Below are positions 56,400-63,939 of a stretch of DNA of 64,000 nucleotides, one piece after another. The DNA is from a virus (lineage: Duplodnaviria; Caudoviricetes), in the IMG/VR virus record IMGVR_UViG_2706795947_000001, positions 12,973 through 76,972 of that record; one strand, given 5' to 3'. A program made the position numbers and the translations under genes. How positions within the stretch are numbered: the stretch's first letter is position 1; each line of letters starts with the position of its first letter. The notes under the pieces are model-generated. The model was not told the DNA's origin and did not search any database. It saw nothing but the letters and a program-made list of their open reading frames with translations.

Positions 56400-56536
56400 A
56401 CCTCTTCATCCTCCTCCTTGTCGGTGCACTGGTTGCCACGGCGGTCGATGTGGTTGCCCTCGTGTCCGTCCTCGAGCTTGCACACCGAGGCGTAGGGCCA
56501 GATGCCTGGGTTCCACTCCCTGCCGCAGGTGCTCAT
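56390..56536 (-). CDS. Small C...C.L..GH.G.H protein
   Basis: Manual translation; ATGA coupling. Confidence 0.55.
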   Translation of the reverse strand: MSTCGREWNPGIWPYASVCKLEDGHEGNHIDRRGNQCTDKEEDEEVWD

Positions 56537-56757
56537 CCCGACATCGCCTCCCGTACCACCTCGACCTTGCCCTCGCGTACGAGGTGGAACCAGGTCACGT
56601 CACGCCTGTCGTTGTCGGTCGGCTGCGTGCAGGGCTTGCCTGCCCGAGCGAAGCACGCCTCGCACTCGAAGTTGAGCGGCGTGATCTCGGTGCCGTCGGG
56701 CATGGTGTACTTCTTCACCGTCTTGTGTAGCGTCACTGTTCCTCCTACTTGAGACAT
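56533..56757 (-). CDS. Small zinc-finger protein
   Basis: CEAC.A..G.PC...H..R. Confidence 0.65.
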   Translation of the reverse strand: MSQVGGTVTLHKTVKKYTMPDGTEITPLNFECEACFARAGKPCTQPTDNDRRDVTWFHLVREGKVEVVREAMSG

Positions 56758-57167
56758 GGGTTGCCGTCCTCCTTGTACCTGTCCAGCTTTGAGTTGGCAT
56801 CGCCAATCGCAACCCAGGCATTGTTCATCTGGTTCTGAACACTACTCATCTTGCCTTGAAGTTCCTTGATCTTGAATGGGTCTTGCGTAAAGACATTCAC
56901 CTGCATCTCGTCAAGCATCTGCTTCATGCGACCCTTCGCAAGCGACAGCTCCCACTGTCCATCGACTAGGTTGTCGACCTCCTCAAGGTACCACTTGCAT
57001 TCCTCGCTAGCCTTGCGAGGTACTTCCACCTCCACTTGCTCAGTAACGTACACCTGCGTCGGCTGTTGGGGGTCGTTGTCCATGACTGCACTGGAGGACT
57101 CGGCCACCCAGATAGCACCTATCATGGACGCACCGAGTACAAACCCCAGTAGCTTCTGCTTGTTCAT
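56745..57167 (-). CDS. Membrane-anchored or exported protein
   Basis: N-terminal hydrophobic helix, coiled coil. Confidence 0.7.
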   Translation of the reverse strand: MNKQKLLGFVLGASMIGAIWVAESSSAVMDNDPQQPTQVYVTEQVEVEVPRKASEECKWYLEEVDNLVDGQWELSLAKGRMKQMLDEMQVNVFTQDPFKIKELQGKMSSVQNQMNNAWVAIGDANSKLDRYKEDGNPCLK

Positions 57168-57170
57168 AGC

Positions 57171-58082
57171 TCAGTCTCGGGACGCAGCTCCGGGTGTCCA
57201 CGCTCCGAAGTTGTTGTCGACGTACTCGACCACGTCGTGACGACGAGTGATGCACTCGGAGCCGAGCCTGTAGTACCGTGACTTGTCATCGGTCAGCTCC
57301 CTTCCGCAGTTCACACACTCCTTGAAGCGCTCGCCATACCTATCAGCGCACCCGCCCTTGTCCATCATGACCTGCACCAACAGGTCGGCGACCACTGATC
57401 CGTGCACCTCGTTGCGCCCGGTCACCATGCCCGAGGCATAGAACCTCTGCAGCTCGAGCCAGTCATCGCTGGACTTGTAGCGCAGGTCACGGAACTTGTC
57501 CGCCTCCCTGGACGGGTCACCGCCGGACACGGTACGAGTGGCCAGCTTGAGGAACACTGTCTGCTTGCCATCGTCCGAGGTCACCGCATACCTGCCGTCA
57601 GGTATCATGCGCAGTACGTTCATGTCCAGCTTGTCGGTGACAGGTTGCGCTGGCTGCGGCGCGCCCGAGCCGATCGCACCTGTATAGTCCCGGTCCTCCT
57701 CGGCCACGTTGCCCAGCACCTTGAGCTCGGCGATGACCTGGCTGGCTTCCAGCATGGTGGAGATCGGCGGGTCCACGCGTGCGAACTTCTCGTCACACAG
57801 CGAAGCGATGAAGCCTCGCTGCTTGGCAGAGGGGCTGAAGTTCGAGCGCTTGTCACCGGGGTTGGTCGGACCAGCGCTCACGATGCGCTGGCGTACCTTC
57901 GTACCTGCTGCGGGCGTCGGTGCCACGCTACCCTGTAGCGCGAGCTTCGCCGCCCAGGTTTCCAGCGTGTCAATGCTGATCAGCACCGAGGACAGGGCTG
58001 CCGTGTGCCGCTTCTGTTCGGCGATCACTTCCTTCTTGAGCGCCTCGATCTGGTTCTGCACCGAGGTGTACGGATCAGTCAT
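57171..58082 (-). CDS. DUF6011-like protein
   Basis: DGRYAV; CVNCGRELTD..S....LG.EC; GAGGTG SD. Confidence 0.7.
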   Translation of the reverse strand: MTDPYTSVQNQIEALKKEVIAEQKRHTAALSSVLISIDTLETWAAKLALQGSVAPTPAAGTKVRQRIVSAGPTNPGDKRSNFSPSAKQRGFIASLCDEKFARVDPPISTMLEASQVIAELKVLGNVAEEDRDYTGAIGSGAPQPAQPVTDKLDMNVLRMIPDGRYAVTSDDGKQTVFLKLATRTVSGGDPSREADKFRDLRYKSSDDWLELQRFYASGMVTGRNEVHGSVVADLLVQVMMDKGGCADRYGERFKECVNCGRELTDDKSRYYRLGSECITRRHDVVEYVDNNFGAWTPGAASRD

Positions 58083-58419
58083 GCCGCACCTCAGTGATCG
58101 AAGCGGAGCCAATTGCCTGCCCGTCGTGGTCGACCACCTCGAACTCGCAGAAGCTGTCTGTCTCGAGGACCAGCTTGAGTCCCACGTTGTCGCCGAGCCG
58201 GACCATCAGGTGGTCGAGCAGCGCACGCTTGGCCTTGCGGTAGTCGTGATGTCCGCTCGTCATGAAGTCATGCATGTTGTTGGAACCAGCGTGCTCCCGA
58301 CTGGTCGCTTCACCACACCACGTCGGTGACACGTGCAACGCTAGAGCGTCGGGCTCCGTGCCAGCGGGGGCGCAGCGATCGGCGTCGGTGCCGTCGGTCG
58401 GTTCGGGTTGGTCGTTCAT
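58075..58419 (-). CDS. Hypothetical protein
   Basis: AAGGAG SD within the repeat. Confidence 0.6.
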   Translation of the reverse strand: MNDQPEPTDGTDADRCAPAGTEPDALALHVSPTWCGEATSREHAGSNNMHDFMTSGHHDYRKAKRALLDHLMVRLGDNVGLKLVLETDSFCEFEVVDHDGQAIGSASITEVRHD

Positions 58420-58424
58420 TAGGC

Positions 58425-58445
58425 GCACTCCTTACGGTAGTGAGA
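58425..58445 (-). repeat. 21-bp start-associated repeat, copy 2
   Basis: Identical to 55671-55691. Confidence 0.85.
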
Positions 58446-58462
58446 TGTGTGTAGTTGTTCGG

Positions 58463-58585
58463 TTACTCGTCGTCGGCTGCCACGTCCGCGTGCTCATCGC
58501 ACAAGTACGCCTGCTCGTGATCGCACCAGTCGAAGATGGGATGCACCAGCTCTCCACAGCTGTTGCATCTTGGGAAGGCGGTCAC
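58463..58585 (-). CDS. Small Cys/His protein (40 aa)
   Basis: Manual translation ...CNSCG...C.H....LCDEH; GGAGG SD. Confidence 0.5.
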   Translation of the reverse strand: MTAFPRCNSCGELVHPIFDWCDHEQAYLCDEHADVAADDE

Positions 58586-58586
58586 G

Positions 58587-58769
58587 CTAGTCCTCCGTTG
58601 TGTCTCGCTTTCGGATACCGAGCAGACGCTCGTGCCTGATGTCGGACACGCGGCGCGACTCGATCTCGACTCGGTCCCGGTCCGAGTGCAGCTCGGCCTG
58701 CAATGCGGCGAGCTCCTCGTCGGAGAGCTTGTTGAGCTGCCGCGTTGTACGCGGCTCCATCATGCTCAC
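58587..58769 (-). CDS. Small coiled-coil protein
   Basis: GTGA coupling. Confidence 0.6.
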   Translation of the reverse strand: MSMMEPRTTRQLNKLSDEELAALQAELHSDRDRVEIESRRVSDIRHERLLGIRKRDTTED

Positions 58770-58870
58770 CCGCGTGACCCGAGGAACTTCACGAGGCTGA
58801 CACGCTTGGTCAGGTTGACCCGGTACTTGGTGACGGGCTTGCGCTTCGGATGATTGTAGCTGATGGTCAT
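58766..58870 (-). CDS. Small basic protein (34 aa)
   Basis: GAAAGGGG SD; manual translation MTISYNHPKRKP... Confidence 0.5.
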   Translation of the reverse strand: MTISYNHPKRKPVTKYRVNLTKRVSLVKFLGSRG

Positions 58871-58901
58871 GGTGCTACCCCTTTCGGTGGTGTGGTGGAA
58901 T

Positions 58902-58940
58902 GGAAACAGGCCACGTCACCCTCTCGAGTGACGTGGCCTG
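58902..58940 (-). terminator. Intrinsic terminator
   Basis: CAGGCCACGTCAC/GTGACGTGGCCTG stem followed by TTT on - strand. Confidence 0.7.
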
Positions 58941-58962
58941 CGGTACTGCGGTGACCCGTAGG

Positions 58963-59934
58963 TCAGTTCTTCGTGGCGCCCTTGGTCCCGGCCTCGTTTG
59001 TGCCGGGCGTGATGCCCTCGACGTTGCACTTGGACGCGTCACCCTGCGGGAACAGGCGGGCCGACACTGCGCCCGAGCTGGGTGCGTCGTCACCGTACTC
59101 CTCCGAGCGGTGCTTCACGATCTCGGACACGGTCAGGAAGGTGCCCGACTCGACGCCCTCGAACGCGCTCGAGATGTGGTTGCCCACGTTGCGGCGAGTC
59201 CCGGTGAAGGGTGCACGCGGCGCGCTGGTCCCGGTCCGGCGACCACCGATGCCCTTGCCATTGAACACCTTGACTGCGGCCGCTGCGATCGGCGACAGCT
59301 CCGGCTCCTCGCCACGCGTGGCTTCGTCGGCCTCGCTCCAGTTGAGGTAGGCGACGGCCTGGTTGTACGCGGCGTCCACCGAGGGGACCTCGTAGTCCTC
59401 GGCCTCGGCCGGGACACGGTCGGTCAGGAGCTGCAGCCCCAGCTCCAGGATGGCGACGCGCTCGCCGAACGCCTCCTTCGGGTCGACCTTCGGGGCGCTG
59501 GCCTTCGGCGCAGCCTTCGTGGTGCGCAGCTTCTCGCTGACCTCGTTGTACGAGACGGCCTTGATGTACTCACCGGCGGGCAGCGCGGCCTTCATCGACT
59601 CGTCGACGAAGTCCTTGGCGAGGTTCTTGTACTTGATGCCACCGGTCACGCCCCGGTAGGCCTCGGCGACCTTGTCGAGGTCGGCCTCGGACACGGTGCC
59701 CGTGCTCGGGTCGGCGGCCTCGACGGCCTCGGTGACAACGGCCTTGAACTTCTCGACGTTGGGCATGTGCTCGGCGTCGGCGGCAGCCTGCTTGGCTGCC
59801 TTGTCCACGTCGCTCTCGGTGGCGGGCTTGGTCTCGGTGGTGGGTTCGGTCACGGTGTCCTCCTGGTTGGTCTCGGTGGCGACGACGGTGCTGTCGTCGG
59901 TGGTGGTCTCGTCGAAGATGTCGGTGCGTGCCAT
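58963..59934 (-). CDS. Probably abundant protein with winged-HTH-like C-terminus
   Basis: AGGAGG SD, very biased codons, own promoter and terminator; LTVSEIV...PSSGAVSARL. Confidence 0.75.
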   Translation of the reverse strand: MARTDIFDETTTDDSTVVATETNQEDTVTEPTTETKPATESDVDKAAKQAAADAEHMPNVEKFKAVVTEAVEAADPSTGTVSEADLDKVAEAYRGVTGGIKYKNLAKDFVDESMKAALPAGEYIKAVSYNEVSEKLRTTKAAPKASAPKVDPKEAFGERVAILELGLQLLTDRVPAEAEDYEVPSVDAAYNQAVAYLNWSEADEATRGEEPELSPIAAAAVKVFNGKGIGGRRTGTSAPRAPFTGTRRNVGNHISSAFEGVESGTFLTVSEIVKHRSEEYGDDAPSSGAVSARLFPQGDASKCNVEGITPGTNEAGTKGATKN

Positions 59935-59993
59935 GATGATTACCTCCTGGTTGGTCGGACCCGGCGGGTCCGTTGTGTTTTTCGTGATGGTTC

Positions 59994-60040
59994 ACCCTAC
60001 CCTGGCGAGTAGGTGTAATGCAACTGCCTCGGTACTAGTT
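59994..60040 (-). promoter_or_regulatory. Putative promoter with upstream AACTAGTACC motif
   Basis: TTGCAT-18-TAGGGT; motif at 60031-60040. Confidence 0.5.
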
Positions 60041-60049
60041 CGGTGTGAT

Positions 60050-60340
60050 CTACGTCACACGGTCGTCGGTCACGTATGCCACCGTGTCACCCTCCCTCCA
60101 TACAGCGAACGAGAGCTTCAGCTCCTTGCCTAGTCGCGTCCACACCAGCTCCCGCGTCGTGTTCGGGTTGCACAGTCGAATCCACGCCTCGGTGCCACCC
60201 AGGGCGCCCGCGAGTGTCTCGTAGGTGTCCGACTGAATCAACCTGCCCGCGCGCCAGGTTGCCACGCGGTAGCGTCCGGTGGTCGGCCACTCGTCCGGGA
60301 CCAGGTAATCGGGCAATTTCGCCACGTTCGGCAGTGCCAC
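60050..60340 (-). CDS. Hypothetical protein
   Basis: Operon packing. Confidence 0.6.
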   Translation of the reverse strand: MALPNVAKLPDYLVPDEWPTTGRYRVATWRAGRLIQSDTYETLAGALGGTEAWIRLCNPNTTRELVWTRLGKELKLSFAVWREGDTVAYVTDDRVT

Positions 60341-60341
60341 G

Positions 60342-60627
60342 CTAGATCACCGCCAACAGGTCGCCGATCGACGCCAGCTCACCATCGAGCTGCCACAGGA
60401 TCACATTGTCACCCTGGAGCCAGGCGATCAGGTCACGCGTGTTGTCAAACCACGCGTACTGTTCACGGTCACCCTTGTTGGTTGTCCACGCCGACCACCC
60501 GGTACGCCAGCCGAACTCGTACCAGGTCAGTGTCACGTCCTGGTCGGGACTGCCGTAGTCGCTGTTGCGACGCGCGAACGCGTAGGTGACGGTCGCGGTC
60601 AGTTTCACGGTCGTTTCGGTAGACATT
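60342..60627 (-). CDS. Trp-rich hypothetical protein (start approximate)
   Basis: AAGGGG SD before MSTETT. Confidence 0.6.
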
Positions 60628-60871
60628 GTCAGTTCCCCTTCTTTGCACAGCAGGCGTACACAATCACAGCGATGACGCACACCATGAACAGGTGCCCACC
60701 GTTGAAAACGATAATCGGCATGTCACAGCTCCCCTGGCATCTTCGCGTCGGGACCACACACGCCGTTGCCCATCGTGGCGCAGTCCCAGAACAGGTTGTC
60801 TTCGTAGATGGTCGGGTCGCCATTCTGGGTCAGAATCGCGTACCACGTCGACAGCACCTCCCACACGGCGC

Positions 60872-61036
60872 TCATGCGTTGCCACGCTCGGCGCTCGAGC
60901 GGACCCAGCCCACGATCGGCTGCACGCCTGTCGCCTGCATACGGTCGAGCTCACGCAGCTCCGACGCGCGTAGGCGTCGGCCACGGTGGAGCTGGTTGTT
61001 GGTACGGGTTGCGTTGCGCTTGATTGTCTTTCCCAT
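60872..61036 (-). CDS. Small basic protein
   Basis: CACCGAAAGGG leader before ATG 61036. Confidence 0.55.
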   Translation of the reverse strand: MGKTIKRNATRTNNQLHRGRRLRASELRELDRMQATGVQPIVGWVRSSAERGNA

Positions 61037-61136
61037 TGTGCTGCCCTTTCGGTGCTGGTTTGGTCGAGCCGGGTGACTCCCACGGTCACACGTGGCATGG
61101 TGCCACGTGTGCCGGTGGTACATCCGGGTCAGTCGG

Positions 61137-61490
61137 TCAGAAAGCCTGCCGATCGCCCACGTAGTAGGTAACCCACGACTGCTGCCCGTCGGTCGCGTTC
61201 TGGTTGTGCGTCCAATCGCGGTCCTGGTCGGACTGCACGATGCCCTCGGCGTCAATCCACACACGCGCGGACTGGATCTCGAACTCGGCGTTTCGATACA
61301 ACTCCATCACGATGCACCGACCGTCACCGACCTTGAGGTCGTCGATGTACCCATGATTGACCGCTTCCAGTTCCCAGCCCACGTTTGTCATGTATTCCAA
61401 ACATGCGACCACGCGGTCGGTCTGCGGCTCGGTACGCGTTTCCGCGAACGCGTCGATGACCAGTTCCTTCTTGGCATTAATATCGAACAT
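61137..61490 (-). CDS. Hypothetical protein
   Basis: CACCGAAAGGG leader. Confidence 0.7.
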   Translation of the reverse strand: MFDINAKKELVIDAFAETRTEPQTDRVVACLEYMTNVGWELEAVNHGYIDDLKVGDGRCIVMELYRNAEFEIQSARVWIDAEGIVQSDQDRDWTHNQNATDGQQSWVTYYVGDRQAF

Positions 61491-61547
61491 TGTGCAACCC
61501 TTTCGGTGCTGTTGGTTGGTAGTGCTAGGTGTGTGTTGAATGACGGT

Positions 61548-61775
61548 TCACAACTTGACGATGACGTACGATGCACCGTCGTCGCATACCACGCCCCAAT
61601 GGACGATACGCGTTTCTGGATCGACTTCACGTTCGATACCCGTGATGCCAACGGACTCACGCTCGCAGTCGTCCATCACGATGTCTAGCGCGTCGTCTAG
61701 CGTCGGGACGGGACGGGACTCAAACGGCTGCCCGTCGGCGTCGGCGGGCGGGTAGTACGTCACGGTGTAGTTCAC
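61548..61775 (-). CDS. Acidic hypothetical protein
   Basis: GAAAGG SD. Confidence 0.65.
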   Translation of the reverse strand: MNYTVTYYPPADADGQPFESRPVPTLDDALDIVMDDCERESVGITGIEREVDPETRIVHWGVVCDDGASYVIVKL

Positions 61776-61816
61776 AATCGTGCCTTTCGTGGGTTGGTTC
61801 GGGTTGGTTGGTGGGA

Positions 61817-62221
61817 TTAGCGTGCGCGACGACGTGCCAGTTTCGCGGCCGCTTTTTCACGTTTCGCGGCGGCGGTTTCACGCGCGATACGTTGCGGCGA
61901 CTTGGTGTCGACGGTCCGGACCGGGACGGTGGTCAACTTCGGCGCGCGGAATTGTGTGTTATTCAATTCTTTCATTTCACGATCCGCGTAGTATTCGCGC
62001 CAATTGGTGTCGGGGTCGTAGCAATCAAGTTTTCCATCCACGTGCCAATTGTTCTCGTTTGCGGCTTCGCGGATATTGGCGTCCATTTGGTTCAATTCGG
62101 CGCCGGTATGGCCGAGATTCTTCGATAGTGCCGTGCCACGTGTAGCCGTTAGTGACTTTCGTTCGGTCACGCGCACATCGTGCATGATGCCGTAGCCGCG
62201 ACCGGTGATGTTGTGTTTCAT
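61817..62221 (-). CDS. First right-arm gene; basic C-terminus
   Basis: AGGGGA SD; AT-richer codons. Confidence 0.65.
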   Translation of the reverse strand: MKHNITGRGYGIMHDVRVTERKSLTATRGTALSKNLGHTGAELNQMDANIREAANENNWHVDGKLDCYDPDTNWREYYADREMKELNNTQFRAPKLTTVPVRTVDTKSPQRIARETAAAKREKAAAKLARRRAR

Positions 62222-62241
62222 ATCTTTCCCCTAATGTGTAA

Positions 62242-62688
62242 GAATTGTGCCACGCTAGCTATTCGTAATTCTTTTACGAATTACTAGCGCGAAACAATTC
62301 GGTTAATGGATCTAATCGAATTGTATCGCTAATTTGTCTGATTCATTAGTTCGCATTTAATGGTACTAGCGTTATTCCCATTAACCTAACAATTCAGACA
62401 CAACGTAATGTAGTCGTTCGCGATTACCGGGACATGTCTACCGATAGTTGTCGCTATCCCCTACGCTACGTTTCATTTTTCGCACCATATCCGCGTGACC
62501 GCTAACCACATCTAACATGGTTGGTCATCCAATTTTTCGGACGCCCGCGTGCGATTGTCTAGACCACCGCTAACCCGTAGGTGCGCTAGTGGTACTAGTT
62601 GTTAGTGGCCGCTAGCGGTGGCGCGTCCCGGACCGGGCGACCGCGCGTCGCCCCGACCGGGACGACCACCGAACTAACTAACGACTAA
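62242..62688. ncRNA. Candidate structured RNA or long leader (strand unresolved)
   Basis: At least six consecutive hairpins, no ORF. Confidence 0.45.
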
Positions 62689-62696
62689 CACCGACT

Positions 62697-62790
62697 ACGT
62701 TACGGGTCGTGGTACTAGTTGTCTATAATCAAATCGTTATGATCGGAAGTCGGAAAAACCTTGACATAGTGGTACTAGTTGGTGTATCAC
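62697..62790. promoter_or_regulatory. Divergent promoter hub
   Basis: - strand TAGACA-17-TAACGT (62697-62725); + strand TTGACA-18-TATCAC (62761-62790); GTGGTACTAGTT in both spacers. Confidence 0.55.
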
Positions 62791-62954
62791 GCCTGCATCG
62801 CGGTATAGAAACGTAGCGGCTTTTGTACCAGCGGTTGTACCAACCCGGCGGCCGGCCTCCCCAACAAAGATGTGATTCATTATGGCAAAGATTAACCATA
62901 GTGAATCTAGGGTTTGAGATAGCAAAGAATTTGCTAGGGTAAAGATTCTTTGTA

Positions 62955-63144
62955 ATACTGAATGTTCTTTGTGATAGTGCATTTAATTCAGTGTAGTGAA
63001 CTTAATTGTAGATAATGAATGTTCTTTGTGATACTGAATGTTTTTTGTGATAGTGCATTTAATTGTGGATACTGAATGTTCTTTGTGATAGTGAACTTAA
63101 TTGTAGATACTGAATGTTCTTTGTGATAGTGCATTAGATGTAGG
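62955..63144. repeat. Ten contiguous 19-bp AT-rich units (iteron-like; candidate origin)
   Basis: A=ATACTGAATGTTCTTTGTG, B=ATAGTG(C/A)A(T/C)TTAATTGT(A/G)G; order ABBAABABAB. Confidence 0.9.
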
Positions 63145-63154
63145 ATAGCAAAGA

Positions 63155-63173
63155 ATAGGTAAGCCTTACCTAT
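63155..63173. promoter_or_regulatory. IdeR/DtxR iron box 1
   Basis: ATAGGTAAGCCTTACCTAT, 17/19 to TWAGGTWAGSCTWACCTWA, perfect palindrome. Confidence 0.8.
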
Positions 63174-63266
63174 GTGTAGGGTGCATATGTACTAGGGCAT
63201 GTAGTGCTACAATGACTGGTACAATGACTGATAGTTGAATGGTGCAACTAATAATATGCGGGCATG

Positions 63267-63285
63267 TTAGGTAAGGCTAACCTTA
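63267..63285. promoter_or_regulatory. IdeR/DtxR iron box 2
   Basis: TTAGGTAAGGCTAACCTTA, 19/19. Confidence 0.88.
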
Positions 63286-63696
63286 GTTGGTACAATGGTT
63301 GGTACAAAGTAGACATGTGTCTAGCCATCCGTCCAGGTGGTACAACGCATGGTACAAAGACGAGAATCGTGGGAGTGTACACCATGAATCGCGATGCGCC
63401 TAATCGCGAGTCCCACAATGTGGGAATAGAACGTGTTCATCGCATGTTACCGAACGAGTCGTGTAACGCGGAAACGTCGTGGTCGGCGTGGTACTAGCGG
63501 GTTACCGGACCGGTCTGTAACGAACGCTAGCGGCCGAAAATTGGGTTAGTGGTACTAGGTCTACCAAACGGGGGTTCAGCGCGTCTACGGGCGTTCTAGG
63601 GGCCAGAGCACACGAAGACGTTTTTGTCAAATCGGCGAGAAAACCCTAAACGTTGGGTTTAGGGTTGACATCGTCGGAATTGTGTGCATAGGGCGG

Positions 63697-63715
63697 AAAG
63701 GTTAGCCTCACCTAA
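63697..63715. promoter_or_regulatory. IdeR/DtxR iron box 3
   Basis: AAAGGTTAGCCTCACCTAA, 17/19. Confidence 0.8.
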
Positions 63716-63920
63716 ATATGCTATAGCGAAGTCGTGGTGCACCAGCGCGAATTGTTGGCGATGTCGAAAGATCGACTTTAGGATAGTGGATGTGTGGTCA
63801 TGCGGCGTAGTGCATCTTTATTCAGACCACGCCCGTGTTCAGTTGAGAATTGCAACGACTTTTGTTGCGCGTTGCATCTGATAACGTTGCAAGTCGCAAC
63901 TAAATCGACGCCGACCAGAG

Positions 63921-63939
63921 CAAGGGAAGGCTAACCTAA
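63921..63939. promoter_or_regulatory. IdeR/DtxR iron box 4
   Basis: CAAGGGAAGGCTAACCTAA, 17/19. Confidence 0.8.

Noticed and set aside
62554-62569. DasR dre-like site GATTGTCTAGACCACC
   Set aside because: 12/16 match, single copy, within a hairpin-rich region
62955-63144. CRISPR mini-array (A as repeat, B as spacer), tempting because of the Cas4-like gene
   Set aside because: B units are repeats of each other and related to A; 19-bp units are too short; AA and BB adjacencies occur; no cas operon
63428-63439. LexA SOS box (GAAC..GTTC)
   Set aside because: Spacer is 2 nt rather than 4
62737-63881. Short ORFs in the terminal region (62737-62982, 63264-63497, 63684-63881)
   Set aside because: No convincing SD, non-phage codon use, built from repeat motifs
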